Below, one piece after another: positions 17,033-24,372 of a stretch of 36,549 bases of DNA (position 1 is the first letter of the stretch; each line of letters opens with the position of its first letter). The position numbers and the translations under genes are program-made. Below the pieces are notes generated by a model. It was not told the DNA's origin. It saw only the letters and a list, made by a program, of their open reading frames with translations, and did not search any database. The DNA lies in IMG/VR virus record IMGVR_UViG_3300031853_000132, positions 1 through 36,549 of that record. One strand, given 5' to 3'. The DNA is from a virus.

Positions 17033-17087
17033 GTTTACACCTCGCAAAAGATTATAACACGACTTTTCAAAAAGTGTGTAAAAAAAA

Positions 17088-18338
17088 TTAACCTGCGCGG
17101 ACAGTCGCCCGCCCGCTATGTTTATCAGCGTAAAAATATCTGTAAATTAAATCTTTTTCAACTGCTGGCATAGAATCGCCCACAATATCGCAAAGCGGTT
17201 CGGCAAGCTCGATGGGGTAATACTTGCCGCCGATATAAGCCCGCAGCCCGTAACGCTCGGACAAACACAGGGTAAACGAAACGCAAGCGGCGCGAGCTGT
17301 AAGCAGATTAAACTTGTAACCGTGATAAATAAAGCTGCCGTTTGCTCGGGTTTTCTTTTCGCAGCGAACAGAAAAAAGAAAGTCAAAATCTTTGACGGCT
17401 GGCGGGTTTTGCCAGTGCAGCTCGGAATCCTGCGCAGAAACGGAAAAACGGGCGTTAAATCCCTCGACGAAATCGGCAAGAAAAGCGTTTGCTTTTTCGA
17501 TAGTGTCGATTTTTAAGAAGCGGAAAATATAAGGCAATCGGCCTTGCAGCGTTTGCCATAGTCGCTCGATACGCCCTTTTGCCTGCGGGCTATAAGCTGC
17601 AATCAATTCTATGTTTAATTCTTGGCAGGTTTTCTGCCATTGCGTTTGTGCTTTTTCCGCGCCTGCTAATTGCTCCTCAAGAGTTGCGCCACGGTTCACA
17701 AAAAAGCAGCTGGATCTATCCGAGTAAATCGCCCGCGGCAGCTTTCCGCCCGTTCGCTCGAACACTTGAAAAAGCAGCTGGTAATAGCCCAGCAAACATT
17801 CATTTTCGCAGAAATACAAAGCTACTACTTTGTGCGTTGCGTCGTCGATTGCACCGTGCAAACAAACTTTGTGGCCGTTCATAAACCAGTTATGGCTTGA
17901 ACCGTCAATCTGTATTAAGTCGCCCTCGTTTGGTCGTTCGGAGCGCGGCAGGTGCAGTTTTTTTTCGCGTACAGGAATACGAGCACGCGGCGAAACAATA
18001 CCAGCACCCGAAAGCGCATTGTAAACAGTGGCATAAGAGGGCACTTTTTTATAGTGCAGATAGTCGGCGCAATCGTCGCGAAAAGAAGCAAACGGGGTGC
18101 CGCTGAACTGCTCATAATCTGCGACAATCTTTGCAGAATCGTATTGTTTATTCTTTGGAGTGCGCCCAGTGTTGCCGTGAATAAAGATTGAATCGCCGTA
18201 TTTTCTGTAACGATTTTTTAATCGCGTGACAGAATACGGCGCTATCCCGATAGCTTTTGCAGCTTTACGGACTGAGATTTTACCAGCGCAGCACATCGGT
18301 ATATACTGCATTTTCTTTGTGTGTAACTCGTAATTCAC
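17088..18338 (-). CDS. DDE (rve/integrase-core) transposase with N-terminal HTH, IS481/ISNCY-like
   Basis: 416 aa. HTH region ISVRKAAKAIGIAPYSVTRLKNRY. Candidate catalytic residues in IQIDGSSH, IYSDRSS and KGRIERLW. Confidence 0.75.
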   Translation of the reverse strand: MNYELHTKKMQYIPMCCAGKISVRKAAKAIGIAPYSVTRLKNRYRKYGDSIFIHGNTGRTPKNKQYDSAKIVADYEQFSGTPFASFRDDCADYLHYKKVPSYATVYNALSGAGIVSPRARIPVREKKLHLPRSERPNEGDLIQIDGSSHNWFMNGHKVCLHGAIDDATHKVVALYFCENECLLGYYQLLFQVFERTGGKLPRAIYSDRSSCFFVNRGATLEEQLAGAEKAQTQWQKTCQELNIELIAAYSPQAKGRIERLWQTLQGRLPYIFRFLKIDTIEKANAFLADFVEGFNARFSVSAQDSELHWQNPPAVKDFDFLFSVRCEKKTRANGSFIYHGYKFNLLTARAACVSFTLCLSERYGLRAYIGGKYYPIELAEPLCDIVGDSMPAVEKDLIYRYFYADKHSGRATVRAG

Positions 18339-18384
18339 GCCGTAACAATCGGCGACAAGTGAAACAAACTTTAATTAACTTGGT

Positions 18385-18410
18385 ACAAAATGGAACAATT
18401 GGAACACTTG
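18385..18410. repeat. Left arm of a 26-bp inverted repeat (ACAAAATGGAACAATTGGAACACTTG)
   Basis: The reverse complement matches 18538-18563 at 25 of 26 positions. Contains two GGAACA boxes. Confidence 0.85.
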
Positions 18411-18537
18411 CTCCATTTGTCCCACGTGTTCCATTGTAAAAAACAGCGTATTTTTAACGCATTTTTGCACGCGCGTTAAACGCTGCGCCCCGTAAAAACC
18501 GCCCCTTGTAAATCCTTATAGTATATAGACTTTGGAA

Positions 18538-18563
18538 CAAGTGTTCCAAATGTTCCATTTTGT
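18538..18563. repeat. Right arm of a 26-bp inverted repeat (CAAGTGTTCCAAATGTTCCATTTTGT)
   Basis: See the left arm. An extra TGTTCCATTG box lies at 18427-18436. Confidence 0.85.
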
Positions 18564-18569
18564 CGCTAT

Positions 18570-18617
18570 GTATATGTATTTGTATATGTATATGTATTTG
18601 TATATATATAATATATA
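18570..18617. repeat. AT-rich tandem repeat: 18-bp unit GTATATGTATTTGTATAT x2, then an (AT)n tract
   Basis: Units at 18570-18587 and 18588-18605 are identical and are followed by atataatatata. Confidence 0.85.
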
Positions 18618-18718
18618 GGCGCATTGCTGCGCCCGCCCTGCGTTGAGGAACTGCGGCCAGCTTCTTTTTTTTCGGGGCGGCATTATCGGCAAGAAATAAA
18701 AAATATTTAATTTAGCGC

Positions 18719-18748
18719 TTGACAGATTTTAAAAAACGGCGCTATAAT
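18719..18748 (+). promoter_or_regulatory. Consensus sigma70-type promoter (TTGACA, 18 nt, TATAAT) with an AT-rich UP-like tract
   Basis: TTGACA at 18719-18724 and TATAAT at 18743-18748. The upstream tract aagaaataaaaaatatttaattta is A/T rich. Confidence 0.7.
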
Positions 18749-18754
18749 CAAAAT

Positions 18755-18977
18755 ATCAGCGGAAACAAGCCGCTGCATATCTTGGGTGTACACCTTTTCA
18801 AATCAATGTTGACAGTATCAACATTAAGCAAAAAAGTGCACACCAAGCAAACGAACGGCTACTTTTTGGTCTGTTGAGTAGCCGCTTGTTTCGGTACGAG
18901 CGACTATTTTACGGTAACTCGTAAATCAAAACCCGCAACGGATAACAGACCAATCCGAAGCGGGTTTTATTTTTTTT
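18755..18977 (+). ncRNA. Structured non-coding leader / candidate regulatory RNA (~220 nt)
   Basis: No ORF is present. It has several hairpins (CAGCGG/CCGCTG, AATGTTGA/TCAACATT nested within GGTGTACAC/GTGCACACC, CGGCTACT/AGTAGCCG, TACGAG/CTCGTA). A 9-nt long-range complement (GAAACAAGC / GCTTGTTTC) is also present. It ends in a terminator. Confidence 0.4.
18928..18977 (+). terminator. Intrinsic terminator 15 nt upstream of the first early gene
   Basis: AAAACCCGC pairs with GCGGGTTTT. An inner CGGA/TCCG stem is present, followed by tta and a run of eight T. Confidence 0.65.
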
Positions 18978-18992
18978 GCAAGAGGTCTGAAA

Positions 18993-19205
18993 ATGGCAAA
19001 AAGGAACACCAGCAACAACCCGCTTTTTCGGCAAATCCGAGAACTGGAAGAAAAGGCACTGAAAGCGGGAATCATCGGAAAAGACGACATCAAGACATCG
19101 GAAGCCATGCGCGAAGAAGCGTGGGAATGTTACTTAGTAGGTCGCGCAGAAAGGCTTGAAAAATCAATCAGAGAACACGAACTAGACACGGGGGCTGAAT
19201 CATGA
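18993..19205 (+). CDS. Hypothetical early protein (70 aa)
   Basis: ATG after AGAGG; first gene of the rightward early operon. Confidence 0.5.
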   Translation: MAKRNTSNNPLFRQIRELEEKALKAGIIGKDDIKTSEAMREEAWECYLVGRAERLEKSIREHELDTGAES

Positions 19206-19534
19206 GCGGCTACCCTATCGAACTAATCACCAAGAACAGGGCTGGAAAAATCAGCCACCAGCAATTCACAAAACAATTCAGCGGCTGGCAGAAATCGCGC
19301 GGCATTAACTACGACTGCAAGGGAACGGCGGACAGGCTGGGCGTTCATGTTGAGTACAGGGGGATAACGGCAACAATTCGCGACGGAAAATTAAGTTTTA
19401 TCACGGGCGACAATTGTGAGCCGAACAGCCCAACACGTTTTTTATGGCATGAAGCAAATTCTGTTTTTGAATTCCGCCGCAAGGTTGATTTTTCCCTCAA
19501 TGCGAGAAACGACGGGGGCGCGAAATGGAACTAG
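19202..19534 (+). CDS. Hypothetical early protein (110 aa)
   Basis: Coupled to the upstream ORF by ATGA overlap. Confidence 0.5.
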   Translation: MSGYPIELITKNRAGKISHQQFTKQFSGWQKSRGINYDCKGTADRLGVHVEYRGITATIRDGKLSFITGDNCEPNSPTRFLWHEANSVFEFRRKVDFSLNARNDGGAKWN

Positions 19535-19869
19535 AAGACATACCCGAGAGCGCCGTAGTTCAGCAGGTAAAAACAGTTATTAAAGCTACGGGTTTGAAAT
19601 TGCAGCGAATAAATACGGGCTGCTTTCAAATTGGCGAGGGACAGCACAGGCGTTTTGTAAAAACGGCAGAAGCTGGCACCTGCGATTTTGAGGGCTACGA
19701 CAACCACGGGCGATTTTTGGCGGTTGAGTGTAAGCGGCCAGTGGGCGGGAAATTGTCACCCGCACAGGAAGCGCGAATAAACGACATAAACCACAAGGGC
19801 GGCGTTGCCTTTGTAGTTCATAGCGGGGAAGAGTTCCTGCAAAAGCTTAAAGAAAGACATTGCATTTAA
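19525..19869 (+). CDS. VRR-NUC domain nuclease
   Basis: GTCDFEGY...FLAVECKRPVGGKLSPAQEARIN...GGVAFVV matches the D...E.K core and layout of VRR-NUC/resolvase-like nucleases. Confidence 0.65.
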   Translation: MELEDIPESAVVQQVKTVIKATGLKLQRINTGCFQIGEGQHRRFVKTAEAGTCDFEGYDNHGRFLAVECKRPVGGKLSPAQEARINDINHKGGVAFVVHSGEEFLQKLKERHCI

Positions 19870-19881
19870 GGGGGTGCGACA

Positions 19882-20430
19882 ATGTTTGAAAACGAAGAAG
19901 AAGAAATCGAGAAAGTGCCAACACCAGCGGCATTTTTAACACTGGTAAAACAACTTAACACCATTGCATACGAAAAAGAAGCCGTTTTGCAGTGCGAGGA
20001 AAGCGGCGCAAAGGTTGCGAACTTGCAGGGCTTTTTAGCTGGCGTGCGTAATTACAAAAAGGTTATGCACGACAACGGCTACGAGTTTGACAGCAAATAC
20101 GAGGGCACAACAGAGCGCGGCGTATCGTTCTTTGACGACGACGGTTGCGTTTTAGAGCTTGCCGAATTGAGAGTAATTAAAAGCGATATTGACGAGTTCA
20201 CGGAAACACAGACTTTTGCGCACTTTAAAGAAAAATGGCAGCAGGCAGTAGAAACAAAAAAAGACTGGTTATTTTACACCAGCGAAAAAGGACGCGACCT
20301 GCATTTTTGTAAGGGCTGGTATGAAGCCATGAAAACAATAGACGACATAATCGAAAGACTTGGGCGCGAGCTTGAAGCTGCGGAAAAAGACGCAGCAAAC
20401 AGCCTGCCTTTTGACGAAATCGGGCAATAA
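19882..20430 (+). CDS. Hypothetical early protein (182 aa)
   Basis: GGGGGTG SD. No recognisable motif. Confidence 0.5.
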   Translation: MFENEEEEIEKVPTPAAFLTLVKQLNTIAYEKEAVLQCEESGAKVANLQGFLAGVRNYKKVMHDNGYEFDSKYEGTTERGVSFFDDDGCVLELAELRVIKSDIDEFTETQTFAHFKEKWQQAVETKKDWLFYTSEKGRDLHFCKGWYEAMKTIDDIIERLGRELEAAEKDAANSLPFDEIGQ

Positions 20431-20432
20431 GG

Positions 20433-20483
20433 GGAACACGCGCAGAGGGCGCTTAAAGGCGGGTTCAAATCCCGCGTGTTTCA
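20433..20483 (+). other. tRNA-like minihelix (7-bp acceptor-like stem + canonical T-arm GCGGG-TTCAAAT-CCCGC + short GCGC hairpin)
   Basis: GGAACAC (20433-20439) pairs with GTGTTTC (20476-20482). The T-arm spans 20459-20475. At 51 nt it has no D arm or anticodon arm. Confidence 0.4.
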
Positions 20484-20538
20484 AGAGGTAAACAGCTGGC
20501 CAGCGTTCGACCTTAATAATTTTTACGAGGTGCGAAAA

Positions 20539-20712
20539 ATGAAAAATGCTATTTTGAAAATCTGCGAAAAGTTGCGCGGATATTCAGACACAGAGCCGTA
20601 TTTTGAAGTTACGGAGATCAAGCAGAACGACAACGGGACTTTTACAGTTACTTGTAAAGTCGTAGACCCAGCAGCAGAAGAACAGGGGGCAAAGAATGAA
20701 AGTAACGAATAA
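20539..20712 (+). CDS. Hypothetical small protein (57 aa)
   Basis: The internal ATG at 20539 follows GAGGTG. The upstream part of track ORF 20476.. overlaps the tRNA-like element. Confidence 0.45.
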   Translation: MKNAILKICEKLRGYSDTEPYFEVTEIKQNDNGTFTVTCKVVDPAAEEQGAKNESNE

Positions 20713-21556
20713 TTTACACCTGCCCGAAGCGTTTGTAAAAGCTGTAAGTGTTGAGCGCCACAATAAAGCTGGCAGCTATTCTGCAACAACCCTTAACAAG
20801 GGCACAAAAGAAGTAATACTGCAAGAGCGCCACTGGGACGAGTTCAGCGTAGACGCTGCCGACCAAGTATGGGCGACTTTTGGGACTGCGGTTCATGCAA
20901 TCATGGAAAAATACGAGGACGGCAATTTTCACGAAGAAACTTTCGACATTGCCGTATCAAATAGCCGTGTAACTGGAACAGTCGACAGCTACGACATGGA
21001 ACACGGAGTTATAAACGACTGGAAAACAGCAAGCGTTTACAAAGTAATGCACGGCGATTTTTCCGACTGGTACAAGCAGGGTATGACCTACGCATGGCTT
21101 TTGAAGCAGAACGGGCTTGACGTTCGCCATTGTAGATTTATTGCGCTTCTTAAAGACCACAGCAAGAGCAAGGCCAAGACAGACGCAAGCTACCCGCAAA
21201 GCCCAGTATTTACATACGAGTTTGACGTAACGCCCGAGGAATTGCAGCAGACGGGCGAAAGAATCTTAAACAAAGTAAAGGACATCGAAGCCGCCGAGCT
21301 TATGAGCGACGACGAAATAGCACCATGCACAGCCGAGGAACGCTGGGCAGACAGTGACAAGTACGCCGTAATGAAAAACGGCAGAAAAACAGCGGTGCGC
21401 GTTTTCGACCAGCTTGTAGACGCGGAAGCCTGCGCGGGTGCTTTGGGTAATTCCCACTACGTCGAGCACCGCCCCGCAGTGTCGAGAAAGTGCGGCGATT
21501 ATTGCTTGTGTAAAGATTTTTGCAGCTTTTACAAAAAAGAACAGGAGAACAAATAA
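20696..21556 (+). CDS. PD-(D/E)XK (Cas4/RecB-like) exonuclease with a C-terminal Cys cluster
   Basis: 286 aa. Contains GTVDSYD and INDWKT (D...D/E.K-like). One Cys lies upstream (IAPCTAEE) and three at the C-terminus (CGDYCLCKDFC). This matches the single-plus-triple Cys layout of Cas4-type Fe-S nucleases. Confidence 0.6.
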   Translation: MKVTNNLHLPEAFVKAVSVERHNKAGSYSATTLNKGTKEVILQERHWDEFSVDAADQVWATFGTAVHAIMEKYEDGNFHEETFDIAVSNSRVTGTVDSYDMEHGVINDWKTASVYKVMHGDFSDWYKQGMTYAWLLKQNGLDVRHCRFIALLKDHSKSKAKTDASYPQSPVFTYEFDVTPEELQQTGERILNKVKDIEAAELMSDDEIAPCTAEERWADSDKYAVMKNGRKTAVRVFDQLVDAEACAGALGNSHYVEHRPAVSRKCGDYCLCKDFCSFYKKEQENK

Positions 21557-21559
21557 AAA

Positions 21560-21979
21560 ATGACTGACTTAAACCATGTAATCGAAATTGGCCGACTTAC
21601 CCGCGATATTGGCGAGCGTGATTTTGGTTACACAACAGGCGGAACAGCACGCCTTAACTTGAGTATTGCTGTAAACCGCAGCGTAAAGAAAAACGGCGCG
21701 TGGACTGACAGCGTAAGTTACTTTGACGTGACCGTTTGGGGAAAGCCTGCGGAAAACATCAAGCCGTATCTGCACAAGGGCAAGCAGATTGCCGTTGACG
21801 GTTTTCTTGATCAACAGCGCTGGGAAAAGGACGGGCAGAAGTTTTCAAAGGTTGTTATCGTCGCTAACTCGGTGCAGCTTTTGGGCGGCAACGAAAACAA
21901 CGCAGCACCACAGGAACCAGCGGGCGACTATGCGCCAGCAGGCAGCGGGGACGACTTCCCCGAGGATTTACCGTTTTAA
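21560..21979 (+). CDS. ssb: Single-stranded DNA-binding protein
   Basis: OB-fold-like N-terminus (IGRLTRD...NLSIAVNR...FDVTVWGK), a Gly/Pro/Ala-rich linker and an acidic tail DDFPEDLPF. Confidence 0.85.
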   Translation: MTDLNHVIEIGRLTRDIGERDFGYTTGGTARLNLSIAVNRSVKKNGAWTDSVSYFDVTVWGKPAENIKPYLHKGKQIAVDGFLDQQRWEKDGQKFSKVVIVANSVQLLGGNENNAAPQEPAGDYAPAGSGDDFPEDLPF

Positions 21980-21991
21980 TGGGGGTACGGC

Positions 21992-22795
21992 ATGAAACAG
22001 GACGAAGCAATTAAAATCTATGAATCATTATCACGCCCGCCAAAAGACGCGTTAAGGCAGATTGAAGCGGGAAAGCTCAAGGGCAAAACAGATATAAACC
22101 CGCAGTGGCGCTATAAGGCAATGACTGAAAAGTTTGGGCTTGTCGGCTGCGGCTGGAAGTACGAAGTACAAAAGTTATGGACTGAACAGGGCGCAGGAAG
22201 TGAAAAGCTCGCGTTTGCGCAGGTTGCCGTTTTCGTAAAGGACGGCGACAAATGGAGCGAGCCTATTGTCGGAATCGGCGGTAGCCGCCTTGTTCAGTTT
22301 GAAAAAGGCGCAGCCGTAAGCAATGACGAGGGCTACAAAATGGCCGTAACTGACGCTTTCAGCACAGCGTTAAAAATGCTCGGCGTTGCAGCTGACATCT
22401 ACGCGGGACGCTGGGACGGCAGCAAATACAAAAACGCTTTGCCGCCACAGGTTGAAGCCGTAAAAGAAGCGTTCAAGGGCGAAGTAGTACAGCCAAAAAA
22501 GCAGCCTGCAAAACTTGCCTTTGAGCCAAAGGGCGGCGAAACAACACCCGAGGAACGCAAGGAAATTGCAGCGCTTTTGAACAGCAAGTATACAAACGGC
22601 CAGCCGATTTTCACAAAAGACGAAATGAAGCATTACAGCGATATGCGCAAGAACTACACAGCCCGCGAAGTTATCGACGCTATCAAAGCCGAATTGCAGA
22701 AGCGCGTATCACCTGCACCACAGAAACCAGCGCAGCAGAGCTTTGACGAAATACAGCCCGTAGAACAGAGCGAAAACGGCTTTGACATTTTTTAA
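21992..22795 (+). CDS. Rad52/Sak-like single-strand annealing protein
   Basis: DINPQWRYKAMTEKFGLVGCGWKYEV and VTDAFSTALKMLGVAADIYAG resemble the Rad52/22 family core (from memory). Confidence 0.6.
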   Translation: MKQDEAIKIYESLSRPPKDALRQIEAGKLKGKTDINPQWRYKAMTEKFGLVGCGWKYEVQKLWTEQGAGSEKLAFAQVAVFVKDGDKWSEPIVGIGGSRLVQFEKGAAVSNDEGYKMAVTDAFSTALKMLGVAADIYAGRWDGSKYKNALPPQVEAVKEAFKGEVVQPKKQPAKLAFEPKGGETTPEERKEIAALLNSKYTNGQPIFTKDEMKHYSDMRKNYTAREVIDAIKAELQKRVSPAPQKPAQQSFDEIQPVEQSENGFDIF

Positions 22796-22807
22796 GGTGG
22801 CGGCGGT

Positions 22808-23230
22808 ATGGTGCAGTATGTGCTTAAACGTGTGGATATTGCGGGGCGCATAGCCTTTGAACCGCCAGCAGACAGCGGAGCGCAGGAAGCTATAAAACGC
22901 GAGCTGCGCAAATGCAGGGATAAGCACCACGACTACGTATTGCTTACCCTGCAACCGCCGAAGCGGCCACGGACTACGGGCAAGGGTTCACAAAACCACC
23001 ACTTGAACGGCCATATTATCCAAATCTGCAACGAAACGGGGAACAGTTACGACGCAATTAAATACTGCGTCAAAATGCTTGCCGTTGAGGAAATGGGCTA
23101 CCCGTACGAGATAATCGACGGGCATATATGGCCGAAAGCGGAACATGAGTGCAGTACAGACGAGTGCGCCTTACTGATTGAAGCCGCGCACGTATGGGCT
23201 GCACATCACGGAATCATATTGCAGGAGTAG
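22808..23230 (+). CDS. Hypothetical protein (140 aa), His-rich segment SQNHHLNGH
   Basis: ORF in the operon. Function not recognised with confidence. Confidence 0.45.
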   Translation: MVQYVLKRVDIAGRIAFEPPADSGAQEAIKRELRKCRDKHHDYVLLTLQPPKRPRTTGKGSQNHHLNGHIIQICNETGNSYDAIKYCVKMLAVEEMGYPYEIIDGHIWPKAEHECSTDECALLIEAAHVWAAHHGIILQE

Positions 23231-23236
23231 AAAAAA

Positions 23237-24076
23237 ATGATTGGATATAAAGCCTTTGATAAAGATTTAAAGTGTCGTGGTATGCAATTCGAGGTTGGAA
23301 AAACATACAAAACCTACGCAAAAGAAAACTTAAAACTATGCAGTGACACTGTAATACATTTTTGTAGAGAGTTAAACAAAATTGAAAGAGTTAGTAGCTA
23401 CACAATTGCTAATAGTCGAATTTGTGAAGTAATCGCCAGCGGCGAAATTGTAGACGACGGCGAAAAATACGGAACGAATGAAATAACAATTTTGCGTGAG
23501 TTGTCTGAAGAAGAAAAAGTTAAATATAACAATTGGAACTCGGGCGATTGGAACTCGGGCAATTGGAACTCGGGCGATTGGAACTCGGGCAATTGGAACT
23601 CGGGCAATCGTAACTCGGGCGATTGGAACTCGGGCAATCGTAACTCGGGCAATTGTAACTCGGGCAATTGTAACTCGGGCAATCGTAACTCGGGCGATTG
23701 GAACTCGGGCAATTGGAACTCGGGCGATTGGAACTCGGGCTTTTTTAACACAAACGAGCCGCCAGTAAGAATCTTTAATAAAAATACAAAAACAAAAAAA
23801 GAAAATATTAACTTTCCGTCGTTTCTTTCTTTTGATTTAACTTTGTGGGTGTCACACGACACAGCAACAGAGGAAGAAAAGAAAATTCATAAAAAAGAAA
23901 TCGAAACCGCAGGCGGATTTTTAAAAACTCTTACGTACAAAGAGGCATTTAGACGCGCTTGGAATAGAGCAACAAAAGAGGAACATAAAAAACTTTTAGC
24001 GCTGCCTAATTGGAATAATAAGATTTTTAAAGAAATTAGCGGCATAGACGCAGAAAAGGAAATTGAGAACGAATGA
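23237..24076 (+). CDS. Repeat protein with 14 tandem (W/R/C)NSG(D/N) pentapeptide units
   Basis: 279 aa. The central region is encoded by 15-bp tandem repeats. Confidence 0.6.
   Translation: MIGYKAFDKDLKCRGMQFEVGKTYKTYAKENLKLCSDTVIHFCRELNKIERVSSYTIANSRICEVIASGEIVDDGEKYGTNEITILRELSEEEKVKYNNWNSGDWNSGNWNSGDWNSGNWNSGNRNSGDWNSGNRNSGNCNSGNCNSGNRNSGDWNSGNWNSGDWNSGFFNTNEPPVRIFNKNTKTKKENINFPSFLSFDLTLWVSHDTATEEEKKIHKKEIETAGGFLKTLTYKEAFRRAWNRATKEEHKKLLALPNWNNKIFKEISGIDAEKEIENE
23531..23740 (+). repeat. 15-bp tandem repeat x14 ((a/g)at(tgg/cgt/tgt)aactcgggc)
   Basis: Counted unit by unit. All units are in frame and vary only at the first base and at the tgg/cgt/tgt codon (bases 4-6). Confidence 0.95.
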
Positions 24077-24372
24077 CCGAGGTAGAGGAAGCGCAGCGTC
24101 GCTACGCGCTGGCAATCAGCGGCGGCGTTTGCGAGGTTTGCGGGCGACCATTGGCGGACGGACAGTCGCAGGGGGCGCACCGCATAGGGAACACGCAGGC
24201 GAACCGCGCGAAATACGGTTCGTTTGTAATCGACCACCGTTTTAATATCGGCATGACGTGCAGCTTAAAATGTAACGCCGAGCTGGATATAAGCGGGGAC
24301 ACGGGAAAAGTAATAAAGTTGTGCTGCAAGATTTACGCGGCAGAAAGTAAAAAATACGGGGTGGAAAAGTGA
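24073..24372 (+). CDS. Small HNH-like endonuclease (tentative)
   Basis: CEVCGRP...AHRIGN...IDHRFN...CSLKCN gives a Cys pair, His, Asn/His and a second Cys pair, as in HNH folds. Confidence 0.4.
   Translation: MTEVEEAQRRYALAISGGVCEVCGRPLADGQSQGAHRIGNTQANRAKYGSFVIDHRFNIGMTCSLKCNAELDISGDTGKVIKLCCKIYAAESKKYGVEK

Noticed and set aside
16346-18563. A simple IS element with terminal inverted repeats bracketing the transposase (with or without the lipoprotein)
   Set aside because: I could not find a copy of the 26-bp repeat, or any other inverted match, near 16340-16360 or 17033-17087. Both arms of the repeat lie on the same side of the transposase gene. The question is left open as a finding.
18755-18977. 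Retron msr/msd-type ncRNA (inverted repeats plus an RT in the window)
   Set aside because: The only RT is about 2.4 kb away, across two opposite-strand genes, and it is already paired with a TR/VR. The RNA is not adjacent to or co-oriented with an RT as retron ncRNAs are.
20407-20483. A full-length tRNA gene around the GGTTCAAATCC T-loop
   Set aside because: Only an acceptor-like stem, a 4-bp hairpin with a 5-nt loop and the T-arm fit (51 nt). Extending upstream gives no D arm and no 7-nt anticodon loop. It is reported as a tRNA-like element, not a tRNA.
23531-23740. CRISPR-like regular repeat array
   Set aside because: The units are contiguous 15-bp repeats with no spacers, and they lie in frame inside a 279-aa ORF. 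This is a coding tandem repeat.
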